Positions 1-8,940 of a stretch of 64,000 bases of DNA are shown in pieces. The position numbers were made by a program, and so were the translations under genes. The stretch lies in NCBI GenBank assembly GCA_016181265.1, contig JACOZP010000006.1, positions 19,962 through 83,961 of the forward strand, given 5' to 3'. This DNA is from Candidatus Woesearchaeota archaeon. Its GTDB lineage: Archaea > Nanobdellota > Nanobdellia > Woesearchaeales > GW2011-AR9. Each line of letters opens with the position of its first letter. Within the stretch, counting starts at the first letter, position 1. The notes under the pieces are model-generated. The model was given only the letters and a program-made list of their open reading frames with translations. It was not told the DNA's origin and searched no databases.

Positions 1-890
1 CCAGCTGCAAACAGATCGCCGAGCTCCACAAACACACGTTCATCATTATACAGTTTCAAGAGCGGCAAAAGAACAGTTATCGCGTCATCCCGTCTCCCCA
101 CATCACGCAGCCGGAAACTAAGCGTTAACCTAAATTCGATCAGATTTGGTTCTAAGCGTACGGCTTTCTCGGCATACTCCAATGCTTTCTGCTCATCTTT
201 CTTATAGACATGATAATAGATAGAAATATCGTGGTAATTCTTGGCATGCGTAGGATATTTCTCAATATTCTTCAAGGACAGTTGTGCGTAATATTCTTGT
301 TTACCATGGATCTTTGTCTGCTCTTTCAATTCATGGAGATGTAAAAACGGTGCAGCAAGCCAGCCGATAGCTAAATTTTGTTTTCTCAATGAGAATTCAA
401 CCGTCTCATGAACGAAATAATCATAGGTGATCGTTTTCTGATTTTGGAAAAGACGGATGATGTCACCTGCTGTATATCCCGCAAAAGTCTTCTCATGAAT
501 AATAACGGGGTTCTGAATAAACAGGGGATCATTGGTGTAAATATTTGTAAACGTCACTTGCGGCAAGAAATAAGCGGCATACTGGTCGCTCTCCATCGCT
601 TCTTTGATCTTAATTTTACTTTCTGGCGGAAGAATTTCATCCGCATCGAGAACTAAGATCCAATCTCCTGTAGCATGTTTTAAAGCCTCATTTCGTGGCG
701 CGGAGAAATTATCGTTCCAGATAAAATCATAGATTTTGTTCGTAAACCGTTTTGCGATCTCTTTCGTTTTATCTGTGCTTCCCGTATCAACAATGATGAT
801 TTCATCAACAAAACCTCTGACCGAGTTTAATGATTCTTCAATGAACTGTTCTTCATTCTTCGTGATCATACACAAGGAAAGCGTGGGCAT
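1..890 (-). CDS. Family 2 glycosyltransferase with C-terminal TPR-like region (3' end truncated by window start)
   Basis: Not in the ORF track. Manual translation from ATG 890: MPTLSLCMITKNEEQFIEESLNSVRGFVDEIIIVDTGSTDKT...FSAPRNEALKHATGDWILVLDADE, typical GT2 motifs; the frame stays open to the window edge. Confidence 0.9.
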   Translation of the reverse strand, partial: MPTLSLCMITKNEEQFIEESLNSVRGFVDEIIIVDTGSTDKTKEIAKRFTNKIYDFIWNDNFSAPRNEALKHATGDWILVLDADEILPPESKIKIKEAMESDQYAAYFLPQVTFTNIYTNDPLFIQNPVIIHEKTFAGYTAGDIIRLFQNQKTITYDYFVHETVEFSLRKQNLAIGWLAAPFLHLHELKEQTKIHGKQEYYAQLSLKNIEKYPTHAKNYHDISIYYHVYKKDEQKALEYAEKAVRLEPNLIEFRLTLSFRLRDVGRRDDAITVLLPLLKLYNDERVFVELGDLFAA

Positions 891-1001
891 GAGAAGTTAT
901 TTGTGAGAGATATTTATAAAAATTATGGTTTAGTTTCTTCCTTCATCGAAAAAGATTTTATATACCTCCTCATCTTTATCCATTACAAAAAGGGGGAAAC
1001 C

Positions 1002-2741
1002 ATGAATACAAAGGTAATAGCTCTGATTATAACGCTTAGCATCGTATTTCTCATCGGCTGCGCTCCGCAGACAAACGTCGAGACGCTTGATGGGCTGGGA
1101 GAATACGCGATTATTATTGAAGAACCGACTTATTTTCAAGATATAAAAGGCTATCTTGCACGGCCAGATGAAGAAGGACAATTCCCTGGGATCATCATGA
1201 TTCATGAATTTTGGGGGTTAAATGACCACATCAAACAGATGGCAAGAGAATTAGCTTCACAAGGCTACGTTGTTCTTGCCGTTGATATCTACGAAGGGAA
1301 AATTGCTACAAATACCAGCGAGGCAAGTGTTTTGGCAAAAGAAGCAAGAATAAATCTCCCCCAATCCACCACCAACATGAAAGCAGCTACTACCTATCTC
1401 CAAACAAGAGCAGAAGTGACGGATAAAATTGCATCTCTTGGCTGGTGCTTTGGCGGTCAGATGTCTTTGCAACTTGCACTGAACCAAGAACTTGCTGCAA
1501 CTGTAATTTATTATGGAAATCTCGAGACGAATAAGACCAAAGTGCAACAAATACAGTGGCCGGTTTTAGGAATCTTTGGAAGTAATGATACCGTCGTTTC
1601 TGTTGCTTCCGTCAATCAGTTTAAACAAGTATTAGATGAACTAAACATTCCCCATGAAATTTATATGTATGAAAGCGTAGGACATGCATTCGCTAACCCT
1701 TCCGGGATGAATTATGCACCAGCTGAAACGAAAGATGCCTGGCAAAAAACCCTCGCCTTCCTCGAGAAAAATCTTAAGAAGAAGGCAGTAACAACACCGT
1801 CAGAAATAGAAGTTGTTGCTAATGACTTCGATACACCTTGGGCGATGGATTTCCTTCCCACCGGCCAATTAATGTTCACCGAAAGGCCCGGCCACGTTAA
1901 TATTATTGAGAATGGAAACGTTAAAACGGTTGGCGAGCTGCCCGTCAATGAAGAAGCGGAATCAGGTTTACTGGGGATTGCCGTCGACCCAGAGTTTGAA
2001 GACAACAAATTCATTTATCTCTATTACATACACAAGAATAAAAATAGAGTCTCACGCTTCCGGTTAGATACGATTTTAAAAGATGAAATAATTCTCTTAG
2101 ATAATATTCCCTCCGCTCGCTTCCATGACGGAGGCAGAATCAAATTTGGTCCAGATGGAAAACTCTACATCACCACTGGCGACGCAACAGATCCCTCTTC
2201 AGCGCAAGATATTAATTCTCTCGCCGGAAAGATCCTACGCATCAATAAAGATGGCACTATTCCGCAAGATAATCCTTTCCAAAATGCAGTGTATTCCTAT
2301 GGACATCGTAATCCTCAAGGACTCGCCTGGCATCCTCAGACCGGAGGGTTATACGCAGCAGAACACGGCCAGAACCGGAATGATGAAATAAACTTGATCG
2401 AAAAAGGAAAGAATTATGGCTGGCCACAAGAATGTACTGAAAAAGCTGATGATAAAGTGCAACCATTACGCTGTTATACTGAATTTACACTTGCCCCTAG
2501 CGGGATTACTTTTGTTGGAGAAGAGTTATATGTTGCGGGTTTGCGAGGGAATCAAGTAAGAAAAATTACTTTCGCTCCAGATCATAAAACGATACTTCGA
2601 GAGGAAGAACTCTTTTCTCCTCTTGGTCGTATTCGTGATGTTGTCGAGAATGAGGGATACTTATATATTGCAACCTCAAACAAAGATGGACGCGGTTTGC
2701 CTTCCCCAGGCGACGATAAGATCGTGAGAGTTAAGATTTGA
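1002..2741 (+). CDS. Secreted or lipid-anchored fusion of dienelactone hydrolase and PQQ-dependent glucose/sorbosone dehydrogenase
   Basis: Signal peptide ending LIGC. DLH motifs HEFWGLN, GWCFGG, GHAFAN. Sugar dehydrogenase propeller motifs TPWAMDF, FHDGGRIKFGPDGKLYITTGD, YGHRNPQGLAW, GRIRDV. Start moved to ATG 1002 after an AGGGGG Shine-Dalgarno. Confidence 0.85.
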   Translation: MNTKVIALIITLSIVFLIGCAPQTNVETLDGLGEYAIIIEEPTYFQDIKGYLARPDEEGQFPGIIMIHEFWGLNDHIKQMARELASQGYVVLAVDIYEGKIATNTSEASVLAKEARINLPQSTTNMKAATTYLQTRAEVTDKIASLGWCFGGQMSLQLALNQELAATVIYYGNLETNKTKVQQIQWPVLGIFGSNDTVVSVASVNQFKQVLDELNIPHEIYMYESVGHAFANPSGMNYAPAETKDAWQKTLAFLEKNLKKKAVTTPSEIEVVANDFDTPWAMDFLPTGQLMFTERPGHVNIIENGNVKTVGELPVNEEAESGLLGIAVDPEFEDNKFIYLYYIHKNKNRVSRFRLDTILKDEIILLDNIPSARFHDGGRIKFGPDGKLYITTGDATDPSSAQDINSLAGKILRINKDGTIPQDNPFQNAVYSYGHRNPQGLAWHPQTGGLYAAEHGQNRNDEINLIEKGKNYGWPQECTEKADDKVQPLRCYTEFTLAPSGITFVGEELYVAGLRGNQVRKITFAPDHKTILREEELFSPLGRIRDVVENEGYLYIATSNKDGRGLPSPGDDKIVRVKI

Positions 2742-2846
2742 AAGGCTAGTCTAAGAATCTGTTCAATTAAACATATCCAGGGTTTTTGAGAGATCCCATT
2801 TATAGTTTCTCTTATCATAAGATTTTAACAATAACCACCAAAAAAG

Positions 2847-2885
2847 CCACTGGTCACTGGTCAAGTACGGGTGAAGTATAAAAAG
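2847..2885 (+). promoter_or_regulatory. 29-bp repeated upstream motif followed by a TATA-like box
   Basis: CCACTGGTCACTGGTCAAGTACGGGTGAA (2847-2875) then GTATAAAAAG; 27/29 identical to the reverse complement of 47995-48023. Confidence 0.65.
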
Positions 2886-2967
2886 GACCCCAACCATAAA
2901 GATTCTATCAAGACAGAGATAAGCCAAAGCATAGGCCACGAGATCTTGATAAAAAGAGGTGAAAACA

Positions 2968-3096
2968 ATGGTTGATTTAACCACAAAAACGATACGAAGA
3001 CTATTTGAACAACAAGTTCGCGATCTCACTCAACGCACGTTCTTCTATAAAGAAGATTCTTTCGACCTGCAATTCAGCGGGAGGTGGCTACAATGA
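2968..3096 (+). CDS. Small hypothetical protein, 42 aa
   Basis: MVDLTTKTIRRLFEQQVRDLTQRTFFYKEDSFDLQFSGRWLQ; GAGGTGA Shine-Dalgarno upstream; ATGA overlap with the next ORF. Confidence 0.6.
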   Translation: MVDLTTKTIRRLFEQQVRDLTQRTFFYKEDSFDLQFSGRWLQ

Positions 3097-3221
3097 ATAT
3101 AAAAGACCGAATAAATTATTTACTGCAAAAATACGATGTCAAAGAACAGAGGACAACATCAAGCTCCTTCTTTAACCACAAACAAACCTACCTCGATGAG
3201 TTTGATACTGCCATCGCGTAA
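3093..3221 (+). CDS. Small hypothetical protein, 42 aa
   Basis: MNIKDRINYLLQKYDVKEQRTTSSSFFNHKQTYLDEFDTAIA; GGAGGTGG Shine-Dalgarno inside the upstream ORF; ATGA coupling. Confidence 0.6.
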   Translation: MNIKDRINYLLQKYDVKEQRTTSSSFFNHKQTYLDEFDTAIA

Positions 3222-3276
3222 CCATCCTTATTTCTGACGGATAGTTATTTAAATCCATCTTTTTTTTTCTTTTGTT

Positions 3277-3846
3277 ATGGAAATCCTTACTGAAACTGAA
3301 CTCACGTATCGAAAGACAGAGATTATTGAGAAAATAAAGAACGGCGCTCTGTTCATCTATCCGACAGATACAATCTATGGTATCGGCTGCAACGCGCTCA
3401 AAGCGAAAGCAGTTCAGGCAGTCCGTAAACTAAAGAATCGTCCGGATTCACCTTTATCTATTTTAGTACCTTCAAAAGAATGGATTCGACAATACTGTAT
3501 CATTACACCGAAAACAGAGGAATGGTTACAAAAACTACCGGGACCATATACACTTATTCTCCCACTGAAAGAAAATAACCCTCTGCCAAAAATAGTAACC
3601 GGTGGCATAGCCACGATCGGCATCCGTATTCCACACCATTGGTTCCAACAAATCGTCGTTGAAACCAACACCCCCATCATCACGACTTCCGCAAATAAAC
3701 ACGGCGAACCTTTCATGACAAAACTAGAGAATCTCGATGAGGATATCCAAAAAGGAGTAGAATTCATGATCTATGAAGGAGAAAAAGAAGGGCACCCTTC
3801 TACATTAATCAATATTGAAAAAGAAGAAGTTAAAAGAAGAAGTTAA
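3277..3846 (+). CDS. L-threonylcarbamoyladenylate synthase (Sua5/YrdC/TsaC family, single domain)
   Basis: YPTDTIYGIGC, KNR, IGIRIP, TTSAN, PST motifs. Confidence 0.93.
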   Translation: MEILTETELTYRKTEIIEKIKNGALFIYPTDTIYGIGCNALKAKAVQAVRKLKNRPDSPLSILVPSKEWIRQYCIITPKTEEWLQKLPGPYTLILPLKENNPLPKIVTGGIATIGIRIPHHWFQQIVVETNTPIITTSANKHGEPFMTKLENLDEDIQKGVEFMIYEGEKEGHPSTLINIEKEEVKRRS

Positions 3847-3853
3847 AGAGATT

Positions 3854-4246
3854 CTAAACCCAAGCCGCCAGCAACGCACCCGTGGCAACTAACGTCACTA
3901 ACCAATAGCCTGCATTAAGAAGATATAACGTAAATGCTTTTCCTTCCCAGAGGAAACCGCCAAGAGTTACTGTTGCGATAAAACCAAGCCATATCCAAAG
4001 ACCAGTTACAGCACCGCTCATCCACGTGCCAGGCATAACAAAACGTGCGAGGACAAATGACATAACTAGCGCCGTGACAAGCATTAGCGCATAACCACGC
4101 TGCGCTTCTTTCTTTCTTGATCCCATTTGTTTCGGATCAATCTTCATTAATTTTAACCATTGATTTCCAAACATTAGCGGAGAATACCACAACGCACCTA
4201 ATGCATATTGAATCAACGCTGCCACCAAAATTGCCCAATAATTCAT
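3854..4246 (-). CDS. DUF1761-family membrane protein
   Basis: NYWAILVAA...LGALWYSPLMFGNQW...LNAGY pattern; four TM helices; GGAGG Shine-Dalgarno before ATG 4246. Confidence 0.85.
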   Translation of the reverse strand: MNYWAILVAALIQYALGALWYSPLMFGNQWLKLMKIDPKQMGSRKKEAQRGYALMLVTALVMSFVLARFVMPGTWMSGAVTGLWIWLGFIATVTLGGFLWEGKAFTLYLLNAGYWLVTLVATGALLAAWV

Positions 4247-4340
4247 AATTTCAACCTCCAAGAAGAGATAATCCGGAGACACATATAAATGTTTTTAGAT
4301 TTTCTCTATTAACCACTTCATTGCCGGAAGATAAGAATAC

Positions 4341-4682
4341 TCAATCCTCTTTTCGAAACAACTCATAAAGTAAAGATGCAATGTTACCGACCATTAGTGC
4401 CCCTAAACTTGCTCCTAATAAGCGAGGATCATCTCCTCTCAGAAGGCGATCAATTCCAACAAGCATCAACACAGGAAAAGAAGCTTGCGCGCCTACTTCC
4501 CCCAGAGCATAGGGATAGAGTGGACGTCGAAAAACCGGATCTTCCTGTTGTGTCAAAGGATCAAGATATTTTTCTTCTTTAAGACGCGTGGCTGTCGCAT
4601 AAAACGCAAGATAGCCCAAGCCAGTCAGAAATGGTGCAAGATACTTTTCTCCAAATGCCTCTACTTTGTCTGACAATTCCAT
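4341..4682 (-). CDS. Hypothetical membrane protein
   Basis: 113-aa ORF with hydrophobic segments, directly downstream of the m5C methyltransferase gene. Confidence 0.6.
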   Translation of the reverse strand: MELSDKVEAFGEKYLAPFLTGLGYLAFYATATRLKEEKYLDPLTQQEDPVFRRPLYPYALGEVGAQASFPVLMLVGIDRLLRGDDPRLLGASLGALMVGNIASLLYELFRKED

Positions 4683-4691
4683 CAGAAAACC

Positions 4692-5645
4692 TTATTCTTC
4701 CTTCTTTATCTTCGCTACGAAGAAACCTTCCGTATCATTATCCTGTGGCCAGATACGGAGAACATGCTTGAGTTGTGGGTCGAATTTCGTACCATTAAAC
4801 TCCATCACCGGAGGGGACGTTTTTAGTCCCGTTAATTTCGCCGGCAGCAGCTTCGCCGTCGGAAACTTCTTTAGCAGATGATCGACAACACTTTCGTCTT
4901 CCTCCGGCTCTAAAGAGCACGTAGAATAAACCATCACCCCGCCTGGCTTGAGATTTTCAAACGCCGTCACGATCAGTTCCTTTTGTTGCCGTGCAAGTTT
5001 CGTAATCATTCCCGCATTCCAGATCACTACTGTCTTCAAACTTTTACGGATTGTTCCCGTTCCCGAACAAGGCGCATCAACGAGGATCTTATCAAATTGG
5101 AGACCATAAAATCGTTTTCCATGCATCAACGTCACAACCGTATTCGTCAACCCGCTACGCTGCACATTAATCCCCAATGATTGCAGCCGCTGCCCTTTGT
5201 AATCATTAGCGACGATGATTCCTTTATTCTTCATCATCATTCCCATCTGCGTTGTCTTACTTCCCGGCGAAGCACACATATCTAAAACAACATCATCTGG
5301 CTGCGGATCTAAAACCAATGGTGGAATCATTGATGCTGCTTCTTGAACATAGATTTTACCAACATGATACTCAAATAAATTCCCTACATCTCGCCGTTCG
5401 AGATGATCAATCCAGAAACCGTCTTTACACCAAGGAATGGGTGTGAGATTCCAATTTTTCCCGGCGATGGAAGAAGAGACCTCTTTCACTGTCCCCAAAA
5501 CCGTATTTACCCGAATACTTCTACGTAAGAAAGAAAGTGAGTACCTCTTGAATTCTTCCCAATCAGTAAGGGCAGCGTAGCGTTCTATAAATGCTTTTTT
5601 AAATTCTAATGTTTCTGTTCCGGGGATCATGCGCGGTTTTGACAT
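4692..5645 (-). CDS. RsmB/NOL1/NOP2/Sun family RNA cytosine-C5 methyltransferase
   Basis: YVQEAASMIP, VLDMCASPGSKT, ILVDAPCSGTG, VYSTCSL, TEGFFVA. Confidence 0.95.
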   Translation of the reverse strand: MSKPRMIPGTETLEFKKAFIERYAALTDWEEFKRYSLSFLRRSIRVNTVLGTVKEVSSSIAGKNWNLTPIPWCKDGFWIDHLERRDVGNLFEYHVGKIYVQEAASMIPPLVLDPQPDDVVLDMCASPGSKTTQMGMMMKNKGIIVANDYKGQRLQSLGINVQRSGLTNTVVTLMHGKRFYGLQFDKILVDAPCSGTGTIRKSLKTVVIWNAGMITKLARQQKELIVTAFENLKPGGVMVYSTCSLEPEEDESVVDHLLKKFPTAKLLPAKLTGLKTSPPVMEFNGTKFDPQLKHVLRIWPQDNDTEGFFVAKIKKEE

Positions 5646-5736
5646 AACTTCAATAAGCACGATGTCTTTAAATACTTTATGAGAAAAATACCATTGTCAA
5701 AAAATCATTTAAACCACCGTTTTTAGAGAGAAGCAA

Positions 5737-6441
5737 ATGAGAAAAACACTAGCAGCAATAGCCTCCATCGGACTCTTCTCATTAGGGTGTGAAAAAAATA
5801 TCCCTCTTCGAGAGCAGGATCATACTCTTCATAGAGAGAAGATCGAGAAATATGCTCCTGAAATCGAAGAGAGAAGGGCAAGAATCTGGCCAATAGATTT
5901 GTCAGAAAGAGAATTCGCCGAATTAATCTCAGGCGTAAACTCACTGTCAGACCTTAAGAGTGTCATTAAACAACGGGGATTATATTATCCTCAGAGAGGA
6001 ACACCAGAGAACAAGACAGCTATCGAGTTAAGTTACGGAGCACCATGGGAAACACATAATCGGGGATCTGGAGTATGTGACGAGCTGGCTGTGTATGCTC
6101 TCCCGTTCCTTTTAAACATCCCCACCGTCAAGAATATTTATCTCGTAGAAATAAAAGGAGATCTTAAAAATTCTGAAGAAGTAAAAGAAAATGCAAGACA
6201 TGCTTTCGTTCTCTTCCGAGACGAAACACAACGATGGCGATACTTCAGTAACGGAGATATTTCTAAATTAACTTACGACTCAATGTCTAACGCAGCAACT
6301 GCTACAGCTCTCGATACGGGTTATGTTCTAGAAACAGAGATTGAATATAAAATGAGAGAGATTAACCAAAAAGGTCCGTGGGTCTATAACGACTTTGAGG
6401 CACGGAAACTAAGACCAGAAAGCACTATCTGTCCGAACTAA
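5737..6441 (+). CDS. Putative lipoprotein with transglutaminase-like Cys/His motif
   Basis: Lipobox-like LGC; GVCDELA and HAFV resemble transglutaminase-like catalytic motifs. Confidence 0.5.
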   Translation: MRKTLAAIASIGLFSLGCEKNIPLREQDHTLHREKIEKYAPEIEERRARIWPIDLSEREFAELISGVNSLSDLKSVIKQRGLYYPQRGTPENKTAIELSYGAPWETHNRGSGVCDELAVYALPFLLNIPTVKNIYLVEIKGDLKNSEEVKENARHAFVLFRDETQRWRYFSNGDISKLTYDSMSNAATATALDTGYVLETEIEYKMREINQKGPWVYNDFEARKLRPESTICPN

Positions 6442-6443
6442 GA

Positions 6444-6632
6444 TTATTGTTCCTTTCTTTTCAGACGAGTCATGTAACCTGCGATAATATTTCGTAATTT
6501 CTTACTTTCTACTTTCACAGTCTTGTTAGCCATTCCTTTATTAGAAGCAAAGTCGGTTGTAAACTGGTCACCGTACGTCTTAAACAATTCTTTCGTCTTG
6601 CGTTTGATGAATGTAGTTTTGATTCTTCCCAT
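6444..6632 (-). CDS. rps17e: 30S ribosomal protein S17e (eS17)
   Basis: MGRIKTTFIKR...FTTDFASNK...SKKLRNIIAGYMTR. Confidence 0.96.
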   Translation of the reverse strand: MGRIKTTFIKRKTKELFKTYGDQFTTDFASNKGMANKTVKVESKKLRNIIAGYMTRLKRKEQ

Positions 6633-6784
6633 AATTCAGTTCAAGATAGGAGCTAATTTATAAAGCTTACGGCAAGAATAAACCTCTGCTTCTTCCGAAC
6701 CATAAAAACCATTTAAACCCAATTAAGCACACCAGTAGCCATTTTACAGTAATATTTATATATTTTTGACCCTTTAACGACTGC

Positions 6785-7183
6785 ATGGTAATTCTCTTCG
6801 ACCAGTTTAATCTTCCACAAGACATTTTTAAGATTATTTTTGCTACAGAGCAGCAGGAAATTGTCGCTAAAATGCTTATTAAATATATGTGGCAGAATGG
6901 GGGGGAAATCGGCAAGACTGAAATGGGCGTCTTCGCTGCCAAATTAGATGAAGGAGAAGCGATCATCAAAGAAAAAGGCAAATCACCTTTGCAGCCAGAA
7001 ATGAAATTGTCCTATAACAAAAAGCAGTTTTACGACCGAATCTTAACACCGATGCGAGGCATGGGCATGATTGAATATGACCTGTATAAGAAAACCTATC
7101 GCGTCTCTGACCGCTTTAATAAGATGATGATTAAAGTCGGTCTAATGTGGCTCAGAGAAATTGAAAGGAAAGGTAAGAATTAG
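6785..7183 (+). CDS. Hypothetical protein, possible winged-helix fold
   Basis: 132-aa ORF with upstream TATA (TTTATATA); the FYDRILTPMRGMGMIEYD...YRVS segment resembles a wHTH recognition helix plus wing. Confidence 0.6.
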   Translation: MVILFDQFNLPQDIFKIIFATEQQEIVAKMLIKYMWQNGGEIGKTEMGVFAAKLDEGEAIIKEKGKSPLQPEMKLSYNKKQFYDRILTPMRGMGMIEYDLYKKTYRVSDRFNKMMIKVGLMWLREIERKGKN

Positions 7184-7851
7184 ATCAATTTCTCTTCTTT
7201 AAAACTATAATAGCTCCCCTTTCCGATAATTACGTGATCTAAAAATTCTATTCCCACCACTTCTCCTGCCTCCCGCAACTGATTCGTGATGGAGACATCT
7301 TCTTCACTCGGCATCGGATCACCACTGGGATGATTATGTACGAGAATAAATGCAGCAGCACCTTCACTGATACCGATACGTAAAATCTCACGAGGATGGA
7401 TCAACGAGGCATTTAACGTTCCAATGAAAACGATCTCTTTCTTGAGGAGACGATGTCGTGTATCAAGATAAATTCCCACACATTGTTCTTGCTGCAAATG
7501 CATCAACTCCGCACCAATTAACGCCAGAACATCTTTAGGAGAAGAAACGGTAAATCGCTTCTCGTCCGAGAACGTCTGTACCCGTCGTGCCAATTCAAAA
7601 CAGGCGGCAATTTCACAAGCTTTTGCTATACCCACGCCAGATAATTTCTGTAGGTCTGTAAGTCGAGCTCTCGACAATGATGCGAGAGAGTGTTCCTGCA
7701 ATAATCGTGTTGCCAAGACAACGGCATTTTCTGCCCGATTACCCGTTCGTAAAAGAAGAGCTAATAATTCCGCGTCGCTTAACACGTGCACTCCCTGTTT
7801 CTGCAAACGTTCTCGAGGACGTAAATCTTGCGGGAGAGAAAGAATATTCAT
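7180..7851 (-). CDS. radC: RadC (JAB domain) protein
   Basis: RPRERL, LSDAELLALLLRTG, GVGIAKA, HPRE, HNHPSGDPMPSEED, LDHVIIG. Confidence 0.95.
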   Translation of the reverse strand: MNILSLPQDLRPRERLQKQGVHVLSDAELLALLLRTGNRAENAVVLATRLLQEHSLASLSRARLTDLQKLSGVGIAKACEIAACFELARRVQTFSDEKRFTVSSPKDVLALIGAELMHLQQEQCVGIYLDTRHRLLKKEIVFIGTLNASLIHPREILRIGISEGAAAFILVHNHPSGDPMPSEEDVSITNQLREAGEVVGIEFLDHVIIGKGSYYSFKEEKLI

Positions 7852-7952
7852 CAACAACGATTTCGCAATGCGTGATTTATATTGATTTAGATAATCCTAC
7901 ATCTCTTCTCAATCATAACAAACCTTAAGAAACAAAGCAAGTATCAAAAATT

Positions 7953-8897
7953 ATGATTGACCTCTACGTCGAACCACGCGTAACCAAAACATGGGATCGA
8001 TTTCGAACCGAGAATCCACCATTTTCCATCGCGTTAGATGGATACGTAAAAGACAGACCATTATTTGACCAAAAAGGTCCTTACCTTAATTGTAACCACC
8101 ATGAATTCGTTGATCGCTTAAGTACAAGAAGTACGACTGCACAAGTGCATATGGCTATCAAACAGGGCCTCTTTCAAAGATTTTCTCAATCAGGAAAACC
8201 GACTGCACATATTTACGTCAATGATCCAGATTATGACGTCTGCGTCGCCTGGTGGCTCTTGAAAAATCATGAACGGATTACCGGAACACGCAATGAACCG
8301 CTCATTTCACGCTTAGTCAGTATCACTGATTATATGGATGCAACCGGCGGCCTCTACCCATTAGATCCTCATTCAAAATTGATGCGTCAACGTGCTTGGA
8401 TTTTCGAACCATATACTGAATCTCGCCTGACGGGAAGACTTCCCGTAATGGAAAAAAGAGAAATGCAGAACATTATCGATGCAGTGATTAAGAGGATTGA
8501 TGATCATCTCCTTGGCCATGGTGAGGAGAGAACAGTAGACACCCGCTATGAGCGCATTGGTGGTGGAGATAATTGGACAATGGTGCGAGAGATCGGCGCG
8601 GAAGCGCGCGGAAAAATGGTTAGTGATGGAATCTATGCCTTTGTCAGTGTTCGAGATGGAGGAAATGAACACTTCGTGTACACTCTTGCTCGCACATCAC
8701 CATACATTGATTTTCCAGTTCTTGAACTCATCGACCAGATCAATGAAGAAGATGGATTTACTCCAGACGACCCAAATGCCGGCGGAGGTAGTGATATTAT
8801 CGGAGGTACATCCAGAGGAAATATGACGAAGATTACTCCTCAACGGTTAGAGAGAATAATTAATGATTTTCTTGCCGAAAGAAAGAATAAAAGATAA
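7953..8897 (+). CDS. Hypothetical protein, DHH-phosphoesterase-like
   Basis: ALDG, NHH, NDPDYD, TDYMD and C-terminal GGGSDIIGG motifs suggest a divergent DHH-superfamily enzyme. Confidence 0.5.
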   Translation: MIDLYVEPRVTKTWDRFRTENPPFSIALDGYVKDRPLFDQKGPYLNCNHHEFVDRLSTRSTTAQVHMAIKQGLFQRFSQSGKPTAHIYVNDPDYDVCVAWWLLKNHERITGTRNEPLISRLVSITDYMDATGGLYPLDPHSKLMRQRAWIFEPYTESRLTGRLPVMEKREMQNIIDAVIKRIDDHLLGHGEERTVDTRYERIGGGDNWTMVREIGAEARGKMVSDGIYAFVSVRDGGNEHFVYTLARTSPYIDFPVLELIDQINEEDGFTPDDPNAGGGSDIIGGTSRGNMTKITPQRLERIINDFLAERKNKR

Positions 8898-8940
8898 ATA
8901 AGGAAAGAGAAGATCACAAAAATCATAAAAAAAGAGTGGA

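Noticed and set aside
408..656. 82-aa plus-strand ORF in the track
   Set aside because: It is an antisense shadow of the GT2 gene (890 to <1), which the track omits because its stop lies outside the window.
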